NCBI GenBank assembly: GCA_964036045.1 | Contig: OZ038378.1 | Location: forward strand, 127,348,001-127,412,000 | Origin: Eutreptiella sp. 'Long Island Sound 2002' | Taxonomy: Eukaryota; Protista; Euglenida | Length of the DNA: 64,000 nt | Direction: 5' to 3' | Part shown: piece by piece, positions 24,901 to 38,291 of the stretch | Numbering within the stretch: the first letter of the stretch is position 1 | Layout of the letters: each line of letters starts with the position of its first letter | Made by a program: the position numbers and the translations under genes | The notes under the pieces: model-generated | What the model saw: only the letters and a program-made list of their open reading frames with translations | Databases searched by the model: none | What the model was told of the DNA's origin: nothing

Positions 24901-24949
24901 GGTGAAGGAGAGACAATAAGTTGCAGAATGCATATATTTTCACTAACTT

Positions 24950-26450
24950 TACAGCCTCTATAGTTGCAAATATACACGTGCGCGCACAAAAGTTGCAATG
25001 ATCTCGACACTACCCTATTGTAGGATTGCAGGACATGTGCCTTATGGGAGACGATGCCTCCCCCTTGAGGAACGGTTCACTGGGGACACATTTTGTTGAT
25101 TTCCATTTTGGTAATGAAAACACAGCCGGTGCCTTCGGGTACCTCTTATCCGGAAGGGGCTCCAAGCAGCATTCAAACAGAAAATTGTCCGTATTTCCTG
25201 CAGCGGTTCTTGGGTGAACCCGGGGTTTCCTCACATGCTAGGAGTACGCGACCAGATTCAAGCAATGAAGAGGTTTGCTTCCCACGGAGACACAGTGTGT
25301 TTTAGGGAACGCGATATGGATGATATGATTGGCAGATTGAGCGTTTAGCAGCCTTGACAGCGATCCATTGGGCTCTGGGTGACAGGTTTGGAGAAAAATC
25401 TGGAAAGTCTTTTGTTGAACTTTTTGAAGAGGAGGTGCTGCGTTTTGTAGAGTTTGATATGGCTGAGAATGTGTCTTTGACTGTTGGCCCTTTTATATTC
25501 AGCCAAGGAGCAAAAGGGATACCCATTGGTGGGGGCTTGTCTGTTCAGATTGCACAAATCTAGGCCTCTTGGAGAGAGCTTGCGAGTCATTTTTGGTGAC
25601 CAAGTTCCACAGGTCCAGGTGTCCATGAATGCAGTCTGTGCCACATATTCCCATGAGCAAGGAATTAATGTATGTTGTGATATTCCTTGGGCTTCTGAGG
25701 GGGTCTGTAATCGACCAAATGCAGAAGTACTAGGGCATGACATGTTTGTCGCCAAAAATGTCCACCAGACAACCCCTGAGGCCCTTTGTCAATGTGGGTG
25801 TGCAGGCTAGTGGTCTCCAACAAACAGAATTTTCGCCACTGCCACTGTTTCACAAAGGACCATTCAGTTTCTCGACACTACCCATGGAATGGGGCAGAGG
25901 GAGGTAGATTGCAAAGCATTGTCAGGCACTCTACTCGAAAACACAAGCGAATGGTAATGAAGCTTTTTGAGAATTTTGAGGCTCTAAATGGGGTGGTGGG
26001 GGAGATTGTGTCCACTGTGACTGTGGGTGCTTGTGCAGGCCCCATGCCTCTGTTGCAACCAATAGTGATCTTGCGTGGGTACAAAGATACCATTTACATC
26101 GCCCTGGTCGGGATCTCCCCTTGTTTTGTAGCGCCGCTAATGTTTATCATTGAACGAATGACTACCATTATTTACGGGAAACCATTGAAGTGGGAGCGCC
26201 ACGGTGATGTCACTACTTGGGGTGAAGCTTGCGTTATTCTTGCACCAAGGTCTATCTGCATGACTTTGCAATGCATAGAAAAAGTGTTGTACACGAGCTC
26301 AATGCGTGGAGATACGGTGCAGTGGATGCAGAGTGGGAGCAGTGGGTCGGTGTCCACTCTCCGACTGCACGTACGTTCCTGAAATCTTTCTTGTCTTCTA
26401 TTCTTTACAAATCTCTGCTTTAGGCTTTGTGTCCACAAGACGTTATCTTA
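24950..26450 (-). mobile_element. Old non-LTR retrotransposon relic (endonuclease/RT fragments)
   Basis: Minus-strand fragments IFVP..HNLPHHPI (APE C-terminal-like), KLYKTQHLLFKKFNKRLSRFF (RT domain 2-like) and TVPQGGGIVS (GVPQG-like) occur in the expected order. Highly decayed. Confidence 0.38.
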
Positions 26451-28177
26451 AATTTACGGTGACTCCTCTCAGGTTTGGGCGTGCGGCCCTCCCCGTATCA
26501 GTGGTGGCATCCTATGCATTTGGGATTTTTTCAGGGGTTTCGATTGCATAGAACTTAGGGGTTCAAGGTGTTCCTTCGATGGTTTCAAGAGGGACAAGGG
26601 TTAGTAGCTACAAGCAAGGCAAACAGTGCGAGGACCTCAGTGCAGAGGTGCTGATGTACTGTACTTTTCGGCGCCACTAGACATGTGTCAAGACCAGGCC
26701 CAGACCTACAAGAGGCGTATTTGAGAAACAATGTGGAATGACGGTGCGAAACATGAAAGACAGGGATTGAGTACACGGTGTATGTGAATACATTTTTGCA
26801 CACGCCTCGTTTCAATCTTTGATCACTGATGAGTATTTTGCTGCTCGTGGAGCCCTCTTTCTCTCAAACAAGTTGTACAAGTGGTTTGAGAAAAGGTAAT
26901 GGAAAGCTACAGGGGCTACAAGGGGCATCCAAAGGTGGTTTTCTAAGTCCCCTCTATTCTTTTTGGTTCTAATTAGAAGGCCTTTGGCTCCCTCTGAGGA
27001 ATGTTTTGCTGGACTTTGGCTGGAGCCCGTAAATTCAGCTCAAATGTCAAATTGGCAAATACACTGCGCATGAGTTCCGGGCCGCCGAGAGGCTGATCTG
27101 CTTTGTTTTGGGTCATATGTGAGTTGCATATTTTGTTTTTTTATTGACGGGGCCTCACATAGCATTTGGTGGTGGATGGTGATTTGGATTGAAATGACAA
27201 AGGTAGCATCAACGCTCAATTTGCCTTCAATATCAAAATAGCAACTATGCCGGGGAAGAATTAGAGGGGAAGAAACACTTTTTGGCCGTTTTTTGGGTCC
27301 TATGAAATATTTTAATGAATAGAGGAGCCGAGAGCATTATTTCCCTGCACATTGTACATGGGATTCAGGTTGCAATGTTAGCATCTGCACTAAATGTAGC
27401 TTGAATTTCAAAGTGGTAATTTCACTACGAAACAGTTGGATGCTTGTAGTGCTTTTTTCCAGGTAATATGCAGTCTGATGAGTCAGGTTTTGAGGATAGC
27501 AGCCACAAGGTATGTGTTGTGGTTGATTGTGGGTCGGATTGAGATGACAATGGTGCCATCTAACAACGTTTTAGGTTGAGTTTCAAAGTGGTACCTGCAC
27601 CGAACACAAGATGCAGGTTGGGGAGAGCCTGTTGGATTAGTTTAGTCTTTGAGCTGCAACAAGCTCTTGCATGTGTGTATGTGACGGCATCTCAAAGTTT
27701 TCCAGCAGTTGAGTTTACATCATGTTTACATTGTGTGTACATTGAAGATTGGAACACATTGACTTGGTTTCTCTCCCTATCACCAAAATCGCATCCAATT
27801 TGCCATTATGGTGGTCTTCATTGGCAAGTATCCGTCGCCGGTTGAATGTGGAGGTCGGAAATTGGACCCGCGTGCTGGTACCCACAATATCTGCCGGCGG
27901 GTCAGTATCTGCTTAGCCATATCCCGCGTTGGTATATAGGGTGCCCTATGCCTACATCGCAGCGAAGAAAGGTATACAAGGTGGATGAACATTGCAATGT
28001 GCAACAATTTGGACACTTGGAGGTATCCGAAGCATCAAACTGAAAATTTAAAGTTCTTGCCACACCACCAAAAGCCATTAGGGGCAGAAATTCTATTGCC
28101 TTCGGCAAGTCCACTTCGCAGCGAATGTACCCCAAGCAACACACACACACGAAAGGGTAAAAACTACATAGATACGG

Positions 28178-31100
28178 TATTGCGCTTTTACTGTCCATGA
28201 GCCTATGTACAGAGGTCGACGGGCTGGGGGGAAAGGGCCGATCTCGGAGTTGTGCGCCTTCCCCCCGGGCTGATTGGCCCCGCCTATGGTGCACAGCGGA
28301 ACACAGGGACGAGTCGGTCAAGACTATGTCTCTTCCGAGCTGGCCCTCCCGCGCGCCAGGTTGGGCATGGATATTCGCCCAAGGGGACGCCGGCGCTATA
28401 TCGTCGGGCGCCCCAAGGGGGCGATGCGTCGGAGGGGGCTGCCGCACTGGCAGCCCCATGGAAAACAGTGTGGCCTGGCGCAGGGGCCCCGGTCGTCCTG
28501 GGCCCTGCGCCTGGCGTGCCGCGCGTGCTGCACTGTGTGCTGCATTGTGTGCTATGCTGTACGCTGCACTGTGTGCTGCAGTGTGCGCTGTGCTGTGTGC
28601 TTCACTGTGTGCTGCGCTGTGTGCTGTACTGTGTATTGCACTGTTTGCTGCGCTTGCACTGTGTGCTGTGCTCTGTGCTGCGTCTTGTTGTGCACTGCGT
28701 GCTGCATCCGCTGTGCTGTGTGCTGCACTGTGTGCTGTGCTGTGTGCTGCACTGTGCGCTGTGCTGTGTGCTGCATCGTGTGGTGCACTGTGTGCTTCAT
28801 CCTGTGGTGCACTGTGTGCTGCACCCTGTGGTGCACTCTGTGCTGCATCCTGTGGTGTACTGTGTGCCGTGCTCTGTGCTGGCAGTGCATGTGCACTGTC
28901 GTGGTGCTGTGTGCTGTGCGCTGCACACTGTGCTGGTGGTGCACCCTGGTGCTGTGCACCGTTCGCTGTTCCCTGTGCCCCTGCACCCGGCCCTGCCTTA
29001 CCTGCCTGCCCTGCCTGCCCTGTGGGGAGGGGGGGGGGGGTTCGGGACCGCAATGGGGGCGGGATCGCCTGCCCCCCTTTGTCAGCAGGGCAGCCCAAAT
29101 GCTGCAGAAAACATCGTGCAGCCCCAGTGCGGCTGCCCCTTGTGGGGAAGGGGGGGGGGTCATCTGTCACTGCCGGGCGCGGCAGGCTCGCTCTGCGCGC
29201 ACGTCGGGACGCGGTCACCACGTCGCGGTCGGGCGAGGGCGCCTGCCGGGCCAGCCGCCGCGGTTCCAACCTCCGGGCGCGCTGCGAAGGCCTCTCTGGC
29301 GCCGGCAGCGCAGCGGACGCCGGTCTGGCCCGCCCCAGCCATGCCGAGAGAGCGCTTGCCCCCGCCTGGCGGGCCGCCGGTGCCAGCACCTGCCGGCTTG
29401 GTGCCCGTCGCTGCTAGGGGGGCGCCTGCCCCGGCGCCGTGTGTCCCTCGTGCCCCGCGCGGCAGCACCGGCTAATTCCCCAGCCCAGCTGCAGGCAGCG
29501 GCGGCACGAGGGCGAGCCATGTTGCGCGCATCGGGCCCAGACCGACCCTCTGCCCTCGCCCTGCCGCCGCGGGCGCTGCTCTTCCACCTGGGCGACCCCT
29601 GGGACGTGCTCCCGCCGCGGCTGGCGAGCGTAGGGGAGCAGTGCCGGCCCCTTTCCCGGGGGGCGGGGGAAATAGGTCATGAGGAAGCGTGTCGCCCCCC
29701 CCCGGCCGGATGCGGGCTGGCGTGCGCAGGCGGTGCAGCCACGCTTCCTGCAGATGCGGGGGCAAAGCCTTGCAGCTGCAGTGCCATGTCTGCCCTAGCC
29801 GCGAAGAACGGCCGCGCTCGCAGCCCCGCACACAGGCGGCCCCCGAACGGAACGAGTGCCCTGCAGCGGTCATTGGGAGCCCCCTGCAGGAAGCGCCCTG
29901 CCGCCATGTGGCGCTGCAACAGCCGCGCGGCCTGCCGCAGGACTTGCGCGCGCTCGCCGAGCGGGAGGCGCATCCCCTGCAACTGATGGTGGAGGGACGC
30001 CGGAAGGTCCCGGCCCAGGAACGTCTCGCAGTCCAGGGCCAGCTGTGCCTAGGTGACGTCCCCTGGGCCGTCCTGCCATCGGAGGGCCGTTGCCCAGCGG
30101 ACCAGGTCCTGGGCGAACGCCGGCTCCCACGGCCACCCCGGAGGACGCCTGGGCGGAGTCGCATCGCCGGTGCCGCCGGCAGCTGCGGCACGGGACCGCT
30201 CAGGTCCTGCCACGGGAACCCCCCCTTGCCGCCCGGCGCCGGGCGCCGCGAGAAGAGGGCCTCGCCGTGCCCCTGCTCCCCCTAGCGGGTGTGGGCGTAT
30301 CTGGCCGCGAGCACCGCGAGGTACATCCCGTACAGGCTGTACACCAACTCGTCCACCTGCCGGCGGTCCGCCCCCGCGGACGGGGCCAAGGGTAGCAGGC
30401 CCGCGCGCCGCAGGCATGCCGGCTAGCCCGTCGGTGGGCCTAGCTGCAGGCGCTCCGCCGCCTGCAAGACCCATGCGCGCCACCCTGCTCTGGCTGTCTC
30501 CCACGACGGGCAGTCCCAGAGTACATGCGCCTCATCCTCGTGCTGTGAGCCGCAGCCGGGGCAGCTCAACGTGGCCCGCCTGTTGTGCCCGCGCACGCGG
30601 GCCGCCGTCCACAGCGCCCCCGCTAACAAGCCCCGCACGAGGGAGGCCTTCAGCTCTGTGGACGCTACCCGGAGTGCCGCGCGACAAGCCTCCCCGTCTA
30701 CCCCGTCCCCCAGTCTGCCATAGGTCGCCGGGCGTCGGGCCTCCAACCCGCGCATGGCACGACAGCGCAGGCTGTCCCGCACCCTGTGCTGGATGTGCCG
30801 CATGGGCTCCTGCACCAGGTGCAGCGGCTCTGTCAGGCCCGGCACTACCCATGACTGCCAGCCCTCCAGTGGTCGCCATCCTAGCAGGCGGACCACATGC
30901 AGGGCGCGCCCGAAGGGCCCTGTCGTTGGGGGTCGGAGGCCGCTCTCCCAGATGGCCTGCACCAGGACTTGCACGGGCCCCCGGGTGCGCGCAATCCGGG
31001 TCATCCATAGCTCGTAGCGGGTGTACATCACCGGGGAGATGCGGTGGCCCTGCGTCAGGACCACGAAGACCACTTCGTTGGCGCGGGAGAGCCTGGTCGC

Positions 31101-31407
31101 CCCCAATACCGCCTGCAGGACCGTGGTCTCTAGGCCCTTTAGGTCCCGGTCCCCCACCGGGGCGACGGCCACACCATGGAGCAACAGCGGCGTCACCAGG
31201 GTGATGACCGCGTGCACCCGCCGCTAAAAAGTGGGTAGATGCGGGAGGCGCCGCAGCACACTGCGGCCGGCTTCCAAGCGTCGTGCGAGCACCGGCCCCG
31301 TGTGGCGGGGGCCGCCCACAGCGACGTCCACCCCGAGCTGGCGGAAACAGTCTGCTGCCGGTATGGGGAGGCCGCGTAAAGGCACTGCCTGCGCCCCCCC
31401 ATCCCCT
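28178..31407 (-). mobile_element. 5'-truncated GC-rich non-LTR retrotransposon (RT thumb to C-terminal CCHC finger) with 18-bp target-site duplication
   Basis: AAAACTACATAGATACGG occurs at 28160-28177 and 31408-31425. The minus strand reads ADCFRQLGVDV..RRLPHLPTF*RRVHAV..CPGCGSQHEDEAHVLWDCPSWETAR (zf-RVT-like). Removing the insert restores the repeat unit seen intact at ~32510-32610. Confidence 0.92.
28520..28940. repeat. ~12-bp CTGTGTGCTGCA minisatellite inside the 3' region of the LINE insertion
   Basis: Tandem tgtgctgcac/tgtgctgtgc units explain the long AHSTAHS, CAVLCA and VLHC low-complexity ORFs. Confidence 0.9.
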
Positions 31408-33760
31408 AAAACTACATAGATACGGGCTAAAAGATGCTTTACGTACCTTGGGTGGTCATTTTAGGCCATCACAATATCAAAAAAAAGTTTCGAAAACTTC
31501 GATTTTTGAGGTGCATTGGCTGAATAAGTGCACAAGTAGGTTTTGTACCAATCGCTTGGGAGACCCCCCCGCCGAGCGAACCTAATCCCCAAAAATTGGG
31601 CAAAACATGTAAATGCGGCCTAAAACATGCTTCACATAGCTTGGATAGTCAGTTTAGGTGATCACAATATCAAAAAAATAAGTGTCGAAAACTTCGGCTT
31701 TCGAGCTGCCCAGGGTGAAAAACTGAATAAGCAGGTTGTGTACCGGCCCATTCACGAGGCCATTATTGGTCAAAATAGTCATTTCGCGTCTTGGGCACGG
31801 GTTTTGACTGTCCCCAGGCGAGGCTACAGACGGCAAAAAACGTCTCTTCGTATCCTAGTAGGCATATACTGTCACAACATGCCCACTCACACCCCTGAGA
31901 GTGTGTGGCACGGGGTCATAGAGGTCGCCAAAACCGCTAACATAGCAAAAATGGCTGAAAGGTGCATAAACTGCATGAGCGCTCATCTCACTCCGCCCCA
32001 TACAAACCCCATGGAGTCGGGACCCGGAAACACTTTTTCTGGTCAAAATCCAAAACAACAAAAAGATTCATGATTTTCGACCCAAAAAAGGGGGAGGTCG
32101 ATTTTCGACCACCCCACCCCCCCCTCTCCCGCAAAAGCTCCAGAGTTTGGGTTTCAAGTGGGGGGGTTTGGGGGGCTCTAGGCCAAAAAAATCATTGGGG
32201 AATGCGTTTAATGCACAAAATAATGATTTTACAAGGGGTTAAACTAACAATTCAACCCCTCCGGGTAGGGTACGCAAATCGGCCCAAAAAGGCCCAAAAT
32301 GGGTGGGGTATGGGGCGGCTTCCCCTATATACGCCTGCTTGGCTTTCATGTAACCACCTTTGCGAGGTGATTTCTTCACATGGACCTATGGTAAGCATCA
32401 AACTAAAAATATCAAATTGCTGATACACCAGCACAGGCCAACATGGGCAGAAGTTTGGTCACTAGAATGTACAGCAATCATCACACTAAATAATTCTATT
32501 GCCTTCGGCAAGTCCACCTCGCAAAAAATCTACTTCAAGCAACGCACACACAACATAGGGAAAGAACGACATAAATACGGCCTAAAACGTGCTTTACATA
32601 GCTTGGATGGTCATTTTATGTGATCACGATTTTAGAAAATAAGCTTCTAAAACTTCGATTTTTGAGCACCCCCGGGTGAAAAACTACAGAGGCAGGTTGT
32701 GTACACTTCTTTTGGGAGACCCCCCCCCCCCCCCGCGCACCCAATACCCAAAAAGGTGAAAAACACGTAAATACGGCCTAAAAAGTGCTTTACATAGCTT
32801 GGTTGGTCATTTTAGATGCCCATGGTATCACAAAAAAGGTTTCGAAAACTTCGATTTTGGAGCTGCCCAGGGTGAAAAACTGCAAAAGAAGGTTGTGTAC
32901 CAATCCCTTGGGAGACACCCCCCCCGCTGGGACCTAATACCCAAATAGGGTGAAAAACATGTAAATGCGGCCTAAAACATGCTTTACGTGCCTTGCATAG
33001 TCATTTTAGGTTATCACAACGTCATAAAAACACGTTTTTTCGAAAATGTCGATTTTTGAGCGGCCCAGGGTCAAAAGCTGCATCAGCAGGTTGTGTACCG
33101 GCCCATTCACTAGGCCATTATTGGTGGAAACAACCATTTCGCGTTTTTGGCACGGGTTTGAAAGGCTCTTAGCACGCCTAGAGACTGCACAAAACGTCGT
33201 TCCGTATCTTGGTAGGCATATACTGTCACAACATCCCCACTCACTCCCCTTGGAGTGGGTAGCACGGGGTCACCCAGGTCGCCAAAGCCGCCAACATAGC
33301 AAAAAAGGCTGAAAAGTGCATAAATTGCATCAGCGCTCGTCCCACTCCGCCGACATACAAATGACATGGGGTCGGGAGCCAGAAACACCTTTTCGGCTCA
33401 AAATAAAAGAAAACGAATAGATTCCTAATTTTCGACCCCAAAAAAGGGGGGGTTCATTTTTTCAACATTTATGCCCCCCCCCCCCCCCCCCACCCGCCCC
33501 ACCTCCCTCAAAACCTCAATAATTGGGTTTCAAGTGGGTGGTCTGGGGGGTTTTCGGACCAAAAACTCATTGGGAGATTTGTTTATTGGACAAAATAATG
33601 ATTTTATGAGGGCTTAAACTAATAGTTCAACCCCTGCGGGGAGGGTACACACATAGGCTCAAAAAGGCCCAAAGTGCGGGGGGTGTGTAGCGTTTTCCGC
33701 TATATACGCCTGCCTGGCTTTGATCTAACAACCTGTGTGAGGTGATTCCAAACAGCTACA
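31408..33760. repeat. Compound repeat: ~190-bp subunits within a ~1355-bp tandem duplication
   Basis: Subunit starts (AT[AG]CGGCCTAAAA) lie at ~31420, 31612, 32574, 32771 and 32964. Bases 31741-32400 align with 33096-33750. Confidence 0.87.
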
Positions 33761-33826
33761 GTCTCCATGCCCCCCCCCCCTCGTCTCACTCCACCCACAA
33801 AACGTGCAAAGTAATCCCAATTATGC

Positions 33827-34441
33827 GTGCAAAGCATCACAAAGAACACCAAAAACATGAAACAAACACCAAAAGCACCAGAAAACATAAACCCACCCAT
33901 CACCCGCCTAAATGGCCTGCGGCCGTTGTTTTTGAAGGCTTGCAATAATATGCTCTTTTTCAACACAAGTCGCAGGATGGCGGCTTGCACCATGGCGGCA
34001 CGTGAAGTTCCAAGTTTCCGGGGTATTTTTCGTTTCGTTGAAGGCTCCTGGTCTATCCCCTTGCATGTTGAATTTGTTGGGTTCCTATTTGCAACCCTTG
34101 GGACCGAGGGATGTGGCTTGCATTGGATGCCGGTTGTCAACGAGGACCGAAGGCCGCTAGGGCGCATCCCCACTGCAATAAGACGTAAATGTAAAATGGA
34201 GGATGGTTACCTCGGTAACCATAAGATCATGATTGGTGAGTTGATTCTTAGCATGACTACTAGGATTAAGGAAGCTCACAGCCTTCCGACTTTCTTGTGG
34301 CGTGATGTGCTCATTCCTTTTCCAATGGGTGTGCCTCCTAACCTAACTCGTCACTGGTGTTGTCTGCACGATATTCCTTTGGCTATAGAACGCACTATGC
34401 AGCCCCGGTGCAACCCCCGTCAGGAAAAAACCCAATTTTGA
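33827..34441 (+). pseudogene. Possible reverse-transcriptase N-terminal relic
   Basis: NPPITRLNGLRPLFLKACNNMLFFNTSRR weakly resembles RPIxLLN..K..L..GF..R. No downstream RT motifs were seen. Confidence 0.25.
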
Positions 34442-35957
34442 AGAATAACCTTATCCCTTGTTTTTCGGGGTGCCGAACGCGTTGCAAACGGCCCTTTTGT
34501 CCCATTCATGCCTCTTCACATGGGTTTTGCAGCTCCCGGCGCGCAACCCCCTCTTCAACCCCACAACATGTGAATTGGAACGCACGCGCAATACGTAACG
34601 TGCAGGACGTTTAAACCTTGCGGTTGCACACTCGGGTTGCACGTCGCCACCTTCCGTGTGTTTGCCAGCTAGAGGATACAAATAGATTATGAAATCATTG
34701 ACATCAGGAGCTTAGTTCTAATGTGCTTTGCAGCATGCAACAATGCTTTGTGTTGCGGTTCTCCTGTTTTTTGACTATTCTATAAGGTCTTCTGTCCGTT
34801 CCCAACCTTAAGAGCATTTAATACTGTCATGCCAAGGGGGGGTAAGAGAGGACCCCCTCTTGCCAAACACCTTGCACCAGCGCCGCCTTGGCCCCCGCAG
34901 CAGGCAACCGCTCCGCCACTCCCCGTAGTCCTCAAGAAAGCCAATGGGGAGCCGCACCACTGCGAGAAGGAGGCAACCCGGAATAATACCATCATAGTTA
35001 TTCAGGTGTGTGTGTTGTTTCCAAGATAAAGACGTTCCAACCGTTTCTAACGTGTGTCATTGTCAACCCCATGATGCAACCCCGACACGTTTTCCACGTC
35101 GCGTACACTCCGAGCCTCCGACACGTTTTGTATGTCACCCACGCTCCGCACCCCCGTCATGCCAACCCGCACGGTTTGTGTGTTTTGTATGATTGGTGCA
35201 TTTTTTACGTTTCGTATGTTCCGTATCCGCTTGTTCGTATCGTTTCGCAGAAGCAAATGAGCCACGATGGCTTCTTCGCAGGATACTGTCAAGTCAACGA
35301 TCCGGAGAGGGGGGTATTTACATATTCCTTTACATGGGGGGGGGGGGTGCAGCCAAGTATGCAGCCTGAAACATTTTCCGTCTTGATTTTTCATGAAAAT
35401 GGGTACAAGTAGTTTTTTCGAACGTGCCCCATGCGATGATAATTTTCATTTTGCATGGTTTGAGAGTTTTGTTTTTTGCTTCAAAAGTGCAACCAATATG
35501 CATCCAAACCGTTTTTGGTGCTTTTATCCCTATTTGAGTCTGCATTTAGTTGGTCGCATGGGGCAGCCGTTTGGCTGCAAGATGAAGCAAAGACGGCTCC
35601 ATCGTGCAATCAGATGGTTGCCATATTAGCTGCACATACAGGTTGCATGGTGCAGCCAATTTGGCTGACACATGCAGCCATGTTGCGGCATAGTACAGCC
35701 AGTTTTTTGGTGACACATTTTTCATCATGGATGCATGTCGCAATTTATGGCTTTTTTACGTGGCTGGGATGCTGTCCGCCCAGCCTCCGGATAAAGGAGC
35801 ATTCATAGGAGGACTGCACGAGCTGCCATGCAAGCAAGCAAGCAAGCGACCTTCAACAGCAAAGGCGAGTACGCCATCACAGCCGCCACGACCTGCAAAT
35901 AGCACCTAGGTGGCGGTTCTGTACAAAGAAAGTGCCAACATTGGGCAATATTAGATA

Positions 35958-38291
35958 ATGGAGGAAGGTGACATAGATAATGAGTCGGGGGAAGACGACG
36001 GCAATAAGGAGGAGGAGGCGGAGGAGGAGGAGCATGGTGACAAAGAGGAGGACGATGAGATTGCAGAGGTTGTGGCCGAGGAAGACGCGGGGGACAATGC
36101 CATCGATGACGCGTCGTTGTATGATTTGAAGCCCAAAGTACGCGTGAAAGTGGGGCAGGGGAAGAGGAAGGGCAAGGCCTTGCCTGTCCCTATTCACACC
36201 GAAGCCCAAATCTCTGTTCCTCCAGACCCAGTGGTGAAGCGTGAGCAAATGGTGGAGGTGAAAGGGGGCAGGGGAAGAAAATAGAATGTGTTGTTTGCCA
36301 TTGGTGGACTAGACCTTGCACACCACAAGAAAATGTCGGCCAAACCAACGCGCGCTAAGAAGACGCTGGGGACCGAAGCCTTCAAGGCTACCATGTGTGA
36401 GGAGGCGGTCACCACGAAGACAGCTGACGCAGTGATGAGGCAAAGACTTGGGTTCCACCGGAAGATTTGCCTTCAAACGGGAAAGCAGCAGGTCACCCTG
36501 GCGCATTGTCTCTTGGTGGTCACGGGGACAACAACCGAAGTCTTGTTGAAAGGCTTGGGGTGCAGCGGCAAGCATCTAAGCCGTAGCATTGAGGCAGGGC
36601 GACAGCTGCAGCAGTCGCACGTCCTGAGTGCCATCACTCATGTGGACGAGTTTGCAGGTTTGCATTGTTGTCAACGTTGCTGGCGTCCCGGACGTTCCCG
36701 GTGTAACGGACATTTTTTGACGGCAACCCTGTGGTGCAACCCCAAGTACCGTCCACACGTGTCATACGTTTCGTACGTTTCGGACGCTTTTTACTGTCAA
36801 CCCCCGCATGCACCCCCACGTTTGCTACAGTGGCACACTTGGTTGCAGTTGGATTGTGCAACCCGGGCTACCCTTTGGCATTTGAGCCACCACGAGACCG
36901 TGTGAAGGTGGAGGATTGTGGCCGGGAGCATGGCCCGACGTTCGCAAAGCTACGCAGTGCCGGCTTGGAGGCAGGGGGTCCGTCATCGGCTTCCACGATT
37001 GTGGTGAGACCATTCGAGTTGCCTGACATGACAGACCCCGAACTGGCGAAGACCTCGGACAAGACAATTGGCTTCCTCGGCCACACCGTCACTGAGATGA
37101 GAGACATAAGGGAGCGGACCGTACCCACCTGGTAGGGGCACATCTGACTGGTGAGAACGCCAAGGCTGTTGAAGCTTGAAGCAGCGTACATGAAGGCGCG
37201 GGAGGCGCGCCGGGACAAGAAAGTGGAACGCAGGCTCAGACGTGCACAATGTAGGGAGCGAAAACGTGAGAGGAGAGAGGATGGTGGCAAGACTAGCAGT
37301 ATGAGCAACAATGGTAGCCGCATGGAGAGGATGTCAGACACGTCCGTCAATTCGCTGGTGGGCTTTGAAAATCGCCACCAGCCTGAAGGAAGAGTTCTAG
37401 GAAGACATCAAGGAGAAATGGCCCCCGCAACCTCTCAAGGGGCGCGATCTCTGCACAGCGGCGCAGGACCTGTTGGCTGCCAGTGGTGCCGTTGCCCAAC
37501 CATAGTCCCCTTTGGCAGCTTGAGCAGGGGTGGTCTATCTGTTGACGTCACCCGCATTGCAGCTAACCACGGAACAAGTATTATGGACGCCATTCAGGTT
37601 CCTCACGTGCCACTTCATTGTGCACTGCATATGCACCCCGATGTTCCGAGTGTGCAGGATATGTTCCGCACATTGCAAACGTTGCGAACGTGCAACCCTG
37701 TCATGTAGCCCCACATTTTGTACAAATGATTTGTAAGTCGCGCACTGTGCGACACGTTTGAAACGTTAGGAACGTACCACCTTACCGTGCAAGCCCAAAA
37801 CAATTGCAACGTTTAGGAGGTATTCACGCGTTGCGCTCCGTGATTCACGTTTCTGCCGTCCAACCTTGTGATGCAACCCCCACGTTCCACATGTTCGCCA
37901 CGGTGGGCCATGTTTTCCTTGTCTTTTGTAGTTGAGTCCGTTGGGACTGCTAACACATGTAACCATACAGGTGATCCCGGCGCCGCGGGAGAGGTCCGAT
38001 CGTGAACCGGCGCCTGTTCCCTTAGGCCCACTCGACGAAGTTCCCCCCGATGCAACTCCCCCCGATGCAGTTGCCCCCGCCGCAGCTGCAGCCCCAGAGA
38101 GTGGAGTAGTTGACGCTTGGGACGCGGTAATGCAGAGCGGCAGTTACGAGCGTAAGATAAATAATGACGGTGGGGAGGGAGATAATACAACTACTGCACA
38201 TGGGGAGGAGCCGAACGGGGGTGGCGACCAACATGCGCCTGCTGCAGATAGCTCGCAGGAGCAGCGGTCAGATTGGGATGCGCTGCCCTAG
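35958..38291 (+). pseudogene. Fragmented coding-like region (acidic tract, basic/coiled-coil tract) punctuated by TGCAACCCC..ACGTT repeats
   Basis: An Asp/Glu-rich frame lies at 35958-36284 and KAREARRDKKVERRLRR at ~37200. Related non-coding blocks occur at ~35040-35220, 36730-36870 and 37630-37900. Confidence 0.28.

Noticed and set aside
27902-29986. 400-570-aa ORFs on both strands (Cys-rich, AHS-rich)
   Set aside because: They run through a GC-rich LINE 3' region and a 12-bp minisatellite. Five frames are open at once and no domain is recognisable.
33471-33500. Poly-C/poly-G runs as specific G-quadruplex elements
   Set aside because: Such runs are common across the whole window and show no positional pattern I can defend.
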